The notes under the pieces are model-generated. The model was given only the letters and a program-made list of their open reading frames with translations, was not told where the DNA came from and did not search any database. A program made the translations under genes and the position numbers. A stretch of 63,997 nt of DNA, filler included, from Octopus bimaculoides (lineage: Eukaryota), in the NCBI RefSeq assembly GCF_001194135.2. It is 10 parts of 10 records of this genome, joined end to end, with 100 filler letters (N's around TTAATTAATTAA, not from the genome) between each part and the next. Parts side by side here need not be neighbours in the genome. Positions count along the whole stretch, not along the records: positions 12,489 to 17,102 come from NC_068987.1; positions 17,203 to 23,826 come from NC_069007.1; positions 23,927 to 40,675 come from NC_068989.1; 7 more parts are not named here. One strand, given 5' to 3'. Position 1 is the stretch's first letter, and each line of letters starts with the position of its first letter. Shown one piece after another: positions 12,566-24,223 of this stretch.

Positions 12566-13048
12566 AGAGACAGAAAGAGATAATATTAAAAGACAAATGT
12601 ACAGACATTTATTTATATATAGATGAATGTTCTTGGCACTGGAGCCAAAAATTAATTAGAGACAATTGTCTAAAGTGATTAAGTCTCTGTTGAATTTAGC
12701 TGACCCATTAACATTCAAGTCCAAAATTACCTAGTTTTCTCTCCTCCCCACCCCACGAAATAAGTTTAATTTTACTGTAACTGTTTCCCCATCACTTCAT
12801 AACCCAGATTTCAAGTGTCGGTTTACACACCACAGACACAAAATACAGAAGAATTTTTGGAAGGAAGTTTTGGCTATCTTTGCATAGAAATATTTCATTT
12901 TAGTCATAAGGCATTTTTTGCTTTTTGCTTGACATCTCTTTTTTTTTCTTTTGTTCAATTATTATTATGGTAGAATTGTCTGTGTGTCACACAAAATGCT
13001 TTGTGGTATTTTGTGTTACTCATTCATTCTGAATTTATGTCTTGCTGA

Positions 13049-13170
13049 AGTCAACTTTTCTTTTTATCCCTCTGTGATCAATGAAATGAGTACCAATCAA
13101 GTACTGGGGGTTATGTAATCAACAAGTCCCCTCCCCTCAACCTAACTGGCCTTGTGCCAAAATCAAAAGC
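13049..13170 (+). mobile_element. SINE family B, 3' half, ending in an (ATT)n tail
   Basis: aagtcaactttt..gagtacc..ctggccttgtgccaaaatc followed by (ATT)n at 13171-13217. Confidence 0.75.
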
Positions 13171-13216
<46 letters not shown>

Positions 13217-13217
13217 G

Positions 13218-13310
13218 TTCAGTAGTTTTATTTTTATAACGTGCTTTCACCTCACTACCGAGCGCAGCTCTGTGTGCCTTGGGTATGTGCTGTGGTTTGC
13301 TGTGATGCTC

Positions 13311-13313
<3 letters not shown>
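13218..13313 (-). mobile_element. Severely 5'-truncated RLE-LINE (R4/Dong-type) copy, 3' UTR only
   Basis: The reverse complement matches the 3' UTR at 21220-21315 (4 mismatches in 96 nt). It is embedded between two (ATT)n tracts. Confidence 0.9.
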
Positions 13314-13368
<55 letters not shown>

Positions 13369-14485
13369 GGCTGGCAGAATCATTAGCACTCCAGGTTAAA
13401 TACTTAGCAGAATTTTGCTATCTTGTGTGTGCATTGAAAGTAACTGCCCCCAGTAATATAGACTTTCAGTTGATCATACACTTTTACTTTTTTACCCATT
13501 TCCTACCAGATGTGACCATGCTGGGGCACCACCATTAATGGCTTTGCTTATTGCACCCATCTTTCCCAAACATCTTAATATTAATTAGACTCAATGTTAT
13601 GTTACTTAGTTTCAGTAGTTAGTTGAGAATTGATGTTTTAACATATGACATAAGCAAAGTAAATAATTTTATTCATTTTTTAAATTTTTTTTTTTTTTTT
13701 GCCCGCGCGCGTGTGTGAGTCTGTGTCTGTGTGTGTGTTTGTATCTTGTTTCTTCAATAAAATGCTACAAATTTCCTAACTGAAAAATAAAATTTTGAAA
13801 TTTGGTCGGTGAGAGGATTATGGGTCTCAGCACATTGCTATATCTGATGGTGTTGGGCATGGTGGTGATATATTTACTTATGACATCCTTGTTTGCAAAC
13901 AATAGGATTTAAAAATTAAAAAATAGAATAAAATAGAAATTGCAGCTTCATCCTCCACCCTCACCCTTCTTCCCAGTTCATGTGTGTACAGGACTCAGAA
14001 CTCCTGCACTCAGTCACATTTGGCCTGACCTCATCATTACCTTATTTCATTCTTCACAAAGACACCCTGTGACCATTCCCACCCTCTAACTTTCAATGAC
14101 CCAACTAGAATACTGAGCAAGTTTTATTGTATTATAAATTAATCTATATTATGTGGTCTATTATGAGAATTAAATAAAATAAATATGAATAATTATTGTA
14201 ACAAACAAATAAACTTTTATGGAGAGAGACTAAGCAAAAGATATCTAATAATAAATGTCTTTGCTTGCAGACATTGTTCACATAAAAAATATATCCTTGA
14301 AAATTGAGAAGCAACCATACACTGTTTAACCCAAGGTCAGTCCATTGGTTGAGCTCGCCTTTAGTCAAACACATTCCAATTATAACCATCAGTTTGTTGG
14401 AATTTTTTTTGTGTTAGGTATTATTATCCTATTATCAGGCTCGACATTATTATCTTACAGGGCCTTTTTTAGGGTGGAAGTACGT

Positions 14486-14545
14486 GTGGTATGAGAGAGA
14501 TTTGGCTGCTATTTCTAGCAGATCAAGTGACTATTTAGAGGCTCT
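14486..14545 (+). mobile_element. Dispersed repeat F fragment
   Basis: gagagatttggctgctatttctagcag motif shared with copies at about 41205, 41549, 45258 and, inverted, about 4655. Confidence 0.65.
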
Positions 14546-15192
14546 GGGTTTTCTAAGACCCCAAAAAAGATACCTGTGACAAATGAGCTAAAAAACATAA
14601 CTGCCATGTTAATCTGTGGTGCTTTGGATAATCAAAGGACTGCTGTTATTGTTTTGTCCCAGGTCAGTCTTGACCAATAAGCTTAAGATGACAAGTGTTC
14701 CAGCCATGACCATGTACTACCAGTCAGCACCCATTCTCCCCAACCTTCTAACATTGATCACCTTTTCATCATTCACTACAGTCATCCTTATACTCTTCCC
14801 AATATTTGTAATATCTGCTCTCCCCTTCCTTCCATCCAACTCATATTTACCATCAACCCCTTTTATTACCACCACTCAACCCTTGTTCATCATTCAGTAA
14901 ATTCATGCCACTACTCCATCTCTAATCATCCCGAACCCTTTCCCTACACTCTTATAACCTCTATTCTCCCATCCTTCTTGCTTTTCCACCACAGGACCAA
15001 CCCTCGCACCTCATCACCACCATCTTCATCTCTCTTTCAACCTCCACCCAGACTATTCCCATACACTCTTGTGTAGTATGAGCAGCCATGTATCTCTTCC
15101 ACAGTAAGGAATCAGTTCTAGTTGCTTCCTTCATGCTGTAATCTTTCATCATTTAGCACAAAGCTGCCTCCTTTACTACAGTGGCTCTACTT

Positions 15193-15452
15193 CAGTAGTT
15201 CCCAAAGTGGGCAGTATTGCCCCCCACCTCCAGGGGCAGTGGAAAGTTCCAAGGGTGTTGAAGAAAAGTGGGGCGATAATGGGGTAGCAATTCATGTAAA
15301 GCAACATGTAAAGTGGGCTCATTAGGTTAAATTTTATTTGTGAAATACAGGCGCTTTGAATTTACTTTGTGATGGTTAGTTGGGGTGGGGGCACTAGGAA
15401 TGTGGTCTGGATGTCAAGGGGGCAGCAGTCTTAAAAAGTTTGGGAACCACTG
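15193..15452. mobile_element. hAT-type MITE (260 bp) with a perfect 8-bp target-site duplication
   Basis: TIRs cagtagttcccaaa / tttgggaaccactg. TSD ctctactt at 15185-15192 and 15453-15460. An 8-bp TSD is diagnostic of hAT. Confidence 0.92.
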
Positions 15453-15460
15453 CTCTACTT

Positions 15461-15650
15461 AGTCAAAGGGCATCTTAGTCCTGCAAGCTATATGGCAACC
15501 TTACTAATGCTGCTGCCACAAAAAGAAACCAGTAGACTCTGTAAAATAGTTAGTGTTAGGAAGGACATCCAGCCATAGAAACTACGCCAAAGTAGACACT
15601 GGAGTTTGATGTAGTGTGTCAACTGATTGACTCCTGTCAACACATTCAAC
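15461..15650 (+). mobile_element. SINE family G, 3' part (immediately right of the MITE)
   Basis: gttaggaaggacatccagccatagaaac matches the reverse complement of 16978-17102 (cagctggatgcccttcctaatgccaac). Confidence 0.65.
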
Positions 15651-15722
15651 CAATGACACCACTGCCGACACTGCTGATGCTACCGCCACCAGTGCCTCCA
15701 GTGCCACTGCGACCTCCAACAC

Positions 15723-15881
15723 CTTTCATCTTTTTGGGGTCGATAAAATAAGTACCAGTTGAGAATTGGTGTCTATATAATCAATTAGTCTCCTCCCACA
15801 AAATTTTAGGCTTTGTGCCTATAGCAGAAAGGATTATTATTATTATTATTATTATTATCATCATCATTATTATTATTATTA

Positions 15882-15948
<67 letters not shown>

Positions 15949-16095
15949 TCCTTCTGGGGATCGATAAACTAAGTACCAGTTGTGTGCTGGGGTCGATGTA
16001 ATCAACTATCCCCTTCTCCAAATTTCAGGCCATGCACCTATAGTAGAAAGGATTATTATTATTATTATTGTTATTATTATTATTATTATTATTAC

Positions 16096-16148
<53 letters not shown>
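15723..16148 (+). mobile_element. Two head-to-tail family B SINE 3' halves, each followed by (ATT)n
   Basis: 15723-15832 and 15946-16052 both read ttcatc..gataaa.taagtaccagttg..cctatag.agaaaggatt, followed by (ATT)n. Confidence 0.85.
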
Positions 16149-16977
16149 NNNNNNNNNNNNNNNNNNNNNNNNNNNNNNNNNNNNNNNNNNNNNNNNNNNN
16201 NNNNNNNNNNNNNNNNNNNNNNNNNNNNNNNNNNNNNNNNNNNNNNNNNNNNNNNNNNNNNNNNNNNNNNNNNNNNTTATATTAACATAAATATGATGAC
16301 CATATGTTTCCTTTTATTTCTTATGTACTCCAATTTCCTCTTGCTTCTCCTTTTCTTACCTTCATCTTTTTCTTCCTCTTCTCTTCCTCTCTCCCTCACA
16401 CCTCTCAAACTACTGACTTTGTAGATCAGGAACATTTCTTTTTAACTCAATAACACTGACCTATCACTTATAATACATTTTTATGTTGACAACTTTTATT
16501 TTTAGTAATGTGCAACTTCCTTTATTCACTAATAATTATTTATTTTAAACTCTAGACTAAAGACGCATCCTTCTTAACACTTTTTATGGTAACTTTAAAT
16601 TATATATATATATATATTTTTTTTTATAAGTAAAAATGCTATCTATAGCTTTTCACATTCCTATCAAAAATTAAATCCATCCCCATATATTGCCAAATTA
16701 CTTTCCTATTCCACTTCATTCTATTTATAGAATTCTCTTCATTATTACTTTCTCTTAGCATTTAATTATAAATCTTCTTTTCCTTTTTTATTTTCTTGCT
16801 AACAACAATTTTTCCTTGGACATCTACACAGATATTACAATTCTCTATTAAATATAACCTTCTTCCCTATCCATTTTAATCTAATATATAAAAAAAAAAT
16901 CTCTTAGATTGCAGGCATGGCTATAGGGTTAAGGTGGTTAAGAAGCTCGATTTGACTGGAACAGGTGCTTATATGTG

Positions 16978-17102
16978 GCAAAGCGGATGGCTACACCAGA
17001 CTCCAATCTGATCTGGAAAAGTTTCAACAGCTGGATGCCCTTCCTAATGCCAACCACTCCAAGAGTGTAGTGGGTGCTTTTTACGTGCCACTGGCACGAG
17101 GG
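16978..17102 (-). mobile_element. SINE family G fragment
   Basis: ggctacaccagactccaatctgatctgg..ggatgcccttcctaatgccaacc..tttacgtgccactggcacgag; truncated by a gap. Confidence 0.7.
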
Positions 17103-17456
17103 NNNNNNNNNNNNNNNNNNNNNNNNNNNNNNNNNNNNNNNNNNNNTTAATTAATTAANNNNNNNNNNNNNNNNNNNNNNNNNNNNNNNNNNNNNNNNNN
17201 NNATATATATATATATATATATATATATACGTACACACAAACAAGCACACACATGTGGTTCCAGGTGTTAATATTCGGTAGTCAGATAATCTACGCATGG
17301 GTGTGTTTATGTGTGTGTGTATGTATATGCCTGTGTGTTTGTGGGTGTGGATGCGTGTTTGTGTGCGTGTCGACATGCTTGTGAAGAGAGAGATAAGGTC
17401 CGAACGATCAAAATTGCAAGTAATAGGTTAAATAAAGGAGTGAGTCTATAAAATGA

Positions 17457-17733
17457 TTTCGAATTTTGGCACAAGGCCAGCAATTTCGGGGTTGGGAGTT
17501 AAGTCGCTGACATTGGCCCCCAGTGTCCAACTGGTACTTATTTTATCAACCCTGAGAGGATGAATGGCTAAGTAGTAAATCTATATAATAGAAAATATTA
17601 CAATTACACACCTAAAGCGGCGAGCTGGTGGAATCGTTAGGATGGTGCGCAAAAAAGCTTAGCAGCAATTCGTCCGTGTTAGCGTTCTGAGTTCAAATTC
17701 CGCCGAGGTCGACTTCGCCTTTCTTTCCTTTCA
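17457..17733. mobile_element. Divergent pair of family B SINE fragments (17457-17572 minus, 17614-17733 plus)
   Basis: ttggcacaaggccagcaattt..caactggtacttatttt (minus) and gcggcgagctgg..ttctgagttcaaattccgccgaggtcgac (plus). Confidence 0.8.
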
Positions 17734-17855
17734 CCTGATTGAACACCGCTAGACTTTTTTTTCTGTTGAGCAAGTCAAGGATCAGTGTGCAAGAATCGCC
17801 CGGAAACCATTAATGAGGTAAAAGACGCAACCATAACCTTCACACGTTCTATATA

Positions 17856-17950
17856 GCATCAGACTCTCCAAGATGCATCAGACTCTCCAAGATGCATCAG
17901 ACTCTCCAAGATGCATCAGACTCTCCAAGATGCATCAGACTCTCCAAGAT
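17856..17950. repeat. Minisatellite, 5 perfect copies of the 19-bp unit gcatcagactctccaagat
   Basis: Read directly; there are no spacers. Confidence 0.95.
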
Positions 17951-18774
17951 GTATTTCAAAACATGTGTAGAAGAGTCAACTTATGTATTAAAATTGGACG
18001 ACGGCACTTTCAACTCCTCTTATAAAGTTTTNNNNNNNNNNNNNNNNNNNNNNNNNNNNNNNNNNNNNNNNNNNNNNNNNNNNNNNNNNNNNNNNNNNNN
18101 NNNNNNNNNNNNNNNNNNNNNNNNNNNNNNNNNNNNNNNNNNNNNNNNNNNNNNNNNNNNNNNNNNNNNNNNNNNNNNNNNNNNNNNNNNNNNNNNNNNN
18201 NNNNNNNNNNNNNNNNNNNNNNNNNNNNNNNNNNNNNNNNNNNNNNNNNNNNNNNNNNNNNNNNNNNNNNNNNNNNNNNNNNNNNNNNNNNNNNNNNNNN
18301 NNNNNNNNNNNNNNNNNNNNNNNNNNNNNNNNNNNNNNNNNNNNNNNNNNNNNNNNNNNNNNNNNNNNNNNNNNNNNNNNNNNNNNNNNNNNNNNNNNNN
18401 NNNNNNNNNNNNNNNNNNNNNNNNNNNNNNNNNNNNNNNNNNNNNNNNNNNNNNNNNNNNNNNNNNNNNNNNNNNNNNNNNNNNNNNNNNNNNNNNNNNN
18501 NNNNNNNNNNNNNNNNNNNNNNNNNNNNNNNNNNNNNNNNNNNNNNNNNNNNNNNNNNNNNNNNNNNNNNNNNNNNNNNNNNNNNNNNNNNNNNNNNNNN
18601 AAATTCAAATTACGATGAACGTAAACAAACGAAGTTTGCTTTTAGAAGTTTTGAGATGTCTTAGAAAGTGTTGGCGGCCAAACACTTTTTCTGCAAACTA
18701 GGGGTAGCTTATCCTGTTAGGCTATATTGTTAGCATTATCCTGTGTTTGAGAATTTAAAATCACACACAAACAC

Positions 18775-18814
<40 letters not shown>

Positions 18815-19420
18815 GAGGTTCTTTATATCTATGTAACCAACATTTAAATGAAGACAACGGTTCTATGAATGTATCTTTAACACAGTTGTTAGTACAAGAT
18901 GTCTCACACTGTGTGGAAACTGGATTTAATCGCTTCGAGGTGTGGAGCGCAAAACAGGCAGTGACCTCTTGCAGTCATTTCTTATCAACGACCGACAGAG
19001 TGAGAAGGAGGGAGCTGGGAGGGAAAGGACGATAGCGGACTTTGCGCTGAAGAGATATATATTTGGCGGTAAAAATCAACTGAGCACCAGATTACTCTAA
19101 ACCCGCGAAATTTCTATCTCACGGAAGTAAGCTACTGACGTGAACTATTAAAGTCGATACAATAAATCATGTGTATGTGTGCATGTGTGTGCATATAAAC
19201 AAATACACACACATACACACACGAGTGAGTGGACAGACGAAAGGAAAGGCTCCACATGACTTGAAGTTTCGTAGGCCTCGAGCAGAAGACCGTCTCTTTG
19301 TATTAATTTGATTGCAAAGACTTGTAGTGTAGTCGATCCATTTTCTGGTTACTCAGCAAATTATCAATATTTCAACTAACACTGTTTCCAGCATCGTTTC
19401 ATAACCGTGTTTGCGTCCCG

Positions 19421-19532
19421 TAACCGATAGAATAAGTAACCGATAGAATAAGTAACCGATAGAATAAGTAACCGATAGAATAAGTAACCGATAGAATAAG
19501 TAACCGATAGAATAAGTAACCGATAGAATAAG
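19421..19532. repeat. Minisatellite, 7 copies of the 16-bp unit taaccgatagaataag, derived from SINE family A
   Basis: The unit fuses the SINE-A motifs cccgtaac and cgatagaataagta. It is preceded by a SINE-A-like gtgtttgcgtcccg. Confidence 0.9.
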
Positions 19533-20037
19533 TACAANNNNNNNNNNNNNNNNNNNNNNNNNNNNNNNNNNNNNNNNNNNNNNNNNNNNNNNNNNNNNNN
19601 NNNNNNNNNNNNNNNNNNNNNNNNNNNNNNNNNNNNNNNNNNNNNNNNNNNNNNNNNNNNNNNNNNNNNNNNNNNNNNNNNNNNNNNNNNNNNNNNNNNN
19701 NNNNNNNNNNNNNNNNNNNNNNNNNNNNNNNNNNNNNNNNNNNNNNNNNNNNNNNNNNNNNNNNNNNNNNNNNNNNNNNNNNNNNNNNNNNNNNNNNNNN
19801 NNNNNNNNNNNNNNNNNNNNNNNNNNNNNNNNNNNNNNNNNNNNNNNNNNNNNNNNNNNNNNNNNNNNNNNNNNNNNNNNNNNNNNNNNNNNNNNNNNNN
19901 NNNNNNNNNNNNNNNNNNNNNNNNNNNNNNNNNNNNNNNNNNNNNNNNNNNNNNNNNNNNNNNNNNNNNNNNNNNNNNNNNNNNNAGAAAGGATTATTTC
20001 TGAAAGTATAAAGCTGAAAAGCAACAATAAACACAAA

Positions 20038-20445
20038 GGCGCAGGAGTGGCGGTGTGGTAAGTAGCTTGTTTACCAACCACATGGTTCCGGGTTCATTCC
20101 CACTGCGTGGCAAGTGTCTTCTACTATAGCCTCGGGCCGACCAAAGCCTTGTGAGTGGATTTGGTAGACGGAAACTGAAAGAAGCCCGTTGTATATATGC
20201 ATATATATATATATATGTACGTGTGTGTATATGTTTGTGTCTGTGTTTGTCTCCCAATATCGCTTGACAACCGATGCTGGTGTGTTTACGTCCCCGTATA
20301 TTAGCGGTTCGGCAAAAAGAGATCGATAGAATAAGTACTAGGCTTGCAAAGAATAAGTCCTGGGGTCGATTTGCTCGACTAAAAAGGTGGTGCTCCAGCA
20401 TGGCCGCAGTCAAATGAGTGAAACAAGTAAATGAGTAAAAAGAGT
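20038..20445 (+). mobile_element. SINE family A, near full length, with an internal (TA)n/(TG)n tract
   Basis: tRNA-like head ggcgcaggagtggcggtgtggtaag..ccgggttcattcc, body, internal microsatellite at about 20190-20240 and tail gcagtcaaatgagtgaaacaagtaa. Confidence 0.92.
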
Positions 20446-20761
20446 ACATAAATAAAAAAGATAAATAAATCAATAAATCTAACAAACGAAAACAAAAAGA
20501 AAAACAAGGCTTTCTGTCAGAATCTGTGCCAGAGTATTTTTCCCACACGCTTCTTGCTTTAACTCAGGGTCAAAAGGTGTCCCGATAGCAGCAAGTCTAC
20601 GGTTATCAGCTGAAACAATCTGATCATAGTGTCTTGTCCAATGAAGAGGCGACACACAACGAGATTATCGCAAGAAATGTAAACAATGTGTTTTTTTTCT
20701 TCTCTAAATCGACATGCCTTGATTAGAGACAAAAAAAAATACAATAAAAGGAAAGCAACGT

Positions 20762-20893
<132 letters not shown>

Positions 20894-20895
20894 TA

Positions 20896-21316
20896 ACAGA
20901 TATAGTTGTCAAAGATCATGAAGAAAAAAAAAATGAATGCTTTCTAATTGATGTATCAATACCAGCAGATGACAACGTTTCCCTAAAAGAAATGGAAGAA
21001 CTTTCAAAATACAAAGACCTGGAAATAGAGGTAACACGAATGTGGAATCTAAAAACAGAAACAATTCCTATCATAGTAGGTGCCTTCGGTATAATAAAAA
21101 AATATTCAGACAAATACATAACAAAAACACCAGGACTTACAAATATATATAATATACAGAAAATTGCACTACTGGGTACTGCACACATCCTATGCAAAAC
21201 ACTTTCAATACAGTAACCATAAGAGCACCACAGCAAACCACAGCACATACCCAAGGCGCACAGAGCTGCGCTCGGTAGTGAAGTGAAAGCACGTTATAAA
21301 AATAAAACCACTGAAT
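20896..21316 (+). mobile_element. 5'-truncated non-LTR retrotransposon with a restriction-like endonuclease C-terminus (R4/Dong-type)
   Basis: Open frame 20896-21216: TDIVVKD..CFLIDVSIP..KEMEELSKYKDLEIEVTRMWNLK..PIIVGAFG..IQKIALLGTAHIL. This is the (P)D..D..K RLE signature and the typical C-terminal motif. It is followed by a 100-nt 3' UTR and (AAT)n. Confidence 0.9.
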
Positions 21317-21348
21317 AATGATAATAATAATAATAATAATAGTAATCA

Positions 21349-21540
21349 TGGATTCGAATTTTGCCACAAGGGCAGCCATTTTTGCAGGGTGGGGATAAGG
21401 CGATTACAATGACCTGCAGTGTTTCACTAGCACTTAATTTATCGACCTCGGTGGAATTTGAACTCAGAACGAGAAGACAGACGAAAGACCGCTAAAACAT
21501 ATCACCCGGCGTGCTAACGATTCCGCCAGCTCGTCGCCTT
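21349..21540 (-). mobile_element. SINE family B with an internal deletion
   Basis: Ends in gctaacgattccgccagctcgtcgcctt, the reverse complement of the head. Confidence 0.85.
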
Positions 21541-21553
21541 GATAATAATGATG

Positions 21554-21638
<85 letters not shown>

Positions 21639-21697
21639 TGATAATAATGATAATAATAATAAGAAAATTTGAAGAAAGAAGAAGAAAAAAAAAAATA

Positions 21698-21750
<53 letters not shown>

Positions 21751-21753
<3 letters not shown>

Positions 21754-21898
21754 CCTTTCTACTATAGGCATTAGACCTGAAATTTGGGGGAAGGGATAGT
21801 CAATTACATCGATCCTAGTACTCAATTGGTACTTAATTTATCGACCCCGAAAGGATGAAGAGCAAAGTTGACCCCGGCGGAATTTGAACTCAGAACGT
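21751..21898 (-). mobile_element. SINE family B, 5'-truncated
   Basis: atcctttctactataggc..ttaatttatcgaccccgaaaggatga..ggaatttgaactcagaacg. Confidence 0.88.
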
Positions 21899-21929
21899 AT
21901 ATATATACAGAGAGAGAGAGAGAGAGAGG

Positions 21930-21971
<42 letters not shown>

Positions 21972-22027
21972 AATGTTTATGTATATATATATACATATAT
22001 TAACATATCAACACATATACTTATATC

Positions 22028-22095
<68 letters not shown>

Positions 22096-22111
22096 TTCTC
22101 TCTGTCTCCCC

Positions 22112-22159
22112 TACTCACCCTACATCAACATGTTCTTACCTGTATTTCTGCAGGTAAGT
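22112..22159 (+). promoter_or_regulatory. Candidate recursive splice site (3' splice site fused to a 5' splice site)
   Basis: Branch-point-like tactcac at 22112-22118, a pyrimidine tract, then CAG|GTAAGT at 22151-22159. There is no AG dinucleotide for about 180 nt upstream. Confidence 0.3.
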
Positions 22160-22257
22160 CATAGAAATGATTAGAGAGAAAACTAAATCATTTCTTTGGG
22201 TCCAAGGTTATAGATAAGAACCACAAGAACATGCATTATAATAGGTTGTCTTTTGTG

Positions 22258-22377
<120 letters not shown>

Positions 22378-22530
22378 AGGCGGCGAGCTGGCAGAAACGT
22401 TAGCACGCCAGGCGAAATGCTATGCTTAGCAGTATTTCGTCTGTCTTTATGTTCTGAGTTCAAATTCCACCGAGGTCGACTTTGCCTTTCATCCTTTCGG
22501 GGTCGATAAATTAAGTACCAGTTGCGTACT
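22378..22530 (+). mobile_element. SINE family B, 5' two-thirds
   Basis: aaggcggcgagctggcagaaacgttagcacg..ttctgagttcaaattccaccgaggtcgactttgcctttcatcc. Confidence 0.9.
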
Positions 22531-22610
22531 TTTGTCGTCCAGCTGATTATAGCCGTGATTATAGTATTCCTCGTAGTATTCATTGTTGCAATAATACTAG
22601 TGGCATTTGT

Positions 22611-22647
<37 letters not shown>

Positions 22648-23029
22648 CAGCAGCAGCAGCAGTAGTATTATTCATGGTGGTAGTCGTAGTGCTTGTAGGT
22701 GGAACAGGTGTTGGTGATGTTGGTGGTGCGGATTATGATTGTGATGATGGTGGTGGTGGTGGTGGTGGTGGTGGTGGTGGTGGTGGTCACTTGGCAGCTG
22801 GTCAGTTGCAACGGCCACGGTATATCCCCGTCGTTCTGTGTGAGATTCCACATTGAAACACAAGTTTGGCTTAAACACATCTTTCACCTGTCAGAAGGGA
22901 TTAAGTATTAACGGATTAAAGAAAGGAAAGGTGATGATGTGATCGGTTAGAAATGGCAAGAGATGAATGAAACTGGGGGAGGAAGGGTGGAAGGAAGGAA
23001 AATAAGAAAAGTGAGAAGGGAGAGAATGA

Positions 23030-23345
23030 AGATGAAGATGATGATGATGATAGTGAAGAAGAAGAAGAAGAAGAAGAAGAAGAAGAAGAAGAAGGAGGAG
23101 GAGGAGGAGGAGAAGAAGAAAGGAAAAAGAACAAAAAAGTAGAAAAAGAAGAAGATGATGATGATGATGAAGTTGATAGTGAAGAAGAAGGAGAAGGAAA
23201 AAAGAAGAAAAAGAAGACGTTGATGATGATGATGGTAGTGAAGAAAAACAAGAAGGAGGAGGTGGAGAAGAAGAAGAAGAAGAAGAAGAAGAAGAAGAAG
23301 AAGAAGAAGAAGAAGAAGAAGAAGAAGAAGAAGAAGAAGAAGAAG
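23030..23345. repeat. Compound (GAT)/(GAA)/(GAG) trinucleotide tract
   Basis: Read directly; it explains the poly-F/S/L ORFs in the track. Confidence 0.9.
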
Positions 23346-23521
23346 ATCAAATAAATACGAAAATAGAAATGAATAAAAATAGTAATAAATGTTATGAAGT
23401 GCAGAAATACGTAAAAAATACAAAAATAGAAATAAAATCTTTAATAATGTGTAAAAAAAATTAATTAGCAAAAAAGAAAAAACGATGGAACTACTACTAC
23501 TACTACTACTACTACTAATAC

Positions 23522-23558
<37 letters not shown>

Positions 23559-23790
23559 CTAAACACTGACGATGTCATTCCATCAACGAGGGGGCGCTGG
23601 TTGCTCTCGTTCATACTTTACGTTTAAATTTCTATAACTTCGAATTTTTATCACTTCTTATTTTGAACTTGATAAAGGCAGACTTACTGTTGATATACCG
23701 ATCAACCAATAAAATATCTTACAACCGAATCGCGCTCTTCGTCTTGACTGTTTACCTTTGTGAAGAGTTACGTCAATCCTTTTTTAAAAC

Positions 23791-23826
<36 letters not shown>

Positions 23827-23926
23827 NNNNNNNNNNNNNNNNNNNNNNNNNNNNNNNNNNNNNNNNNNNNTTAATTAATTAANNNNNNNNNNNNNNNNNN
23901 NNNNNNNNNNNNNNNNNNNNNNNNNN

Positions 23927-24223
23927 CTCGTGAAATTAACGTGCAAGTGGCTGAATACTCCACAGACACGTGTACCCTTAACGTAGTTCTCGGGGATATT
24001 CAGCGTGACACAGTGTGACAAGGCTGGCCCTTTGAAATATAAGCACAACAGAAACAGGAAGTAAGACTGAGAGAAAGTTGTGGTGAAAGAGTACTGCCGG
24101 AGCCTCATGGAGCTTTAAGTGTTTTCGCTCAATAAACACTCACAACGCCCGGTCTGAGAATCGAAACCGCGATCCTATTACCGCGAGTCCGCTGCCCTAA
24201 CCACTGGGCCATTGCGCCTCCAC
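23927..24223 (-). mobile_element. SINE family C with a tRNA-like head; 3' end lost in a gap
   Basis: Nearly collinear with 38473-38857. Minus-strand head gtggaggcgcaatggcccagtggttaggg. Confidence 0.92.

Noticed and set aside
13821-13905. 27-aa hydrophobic small ORF (MGLSTLLYLMVLGMVVIFTYDILVCKQ)
   Set aside because: Too short, with no promoter, splice or homology support.
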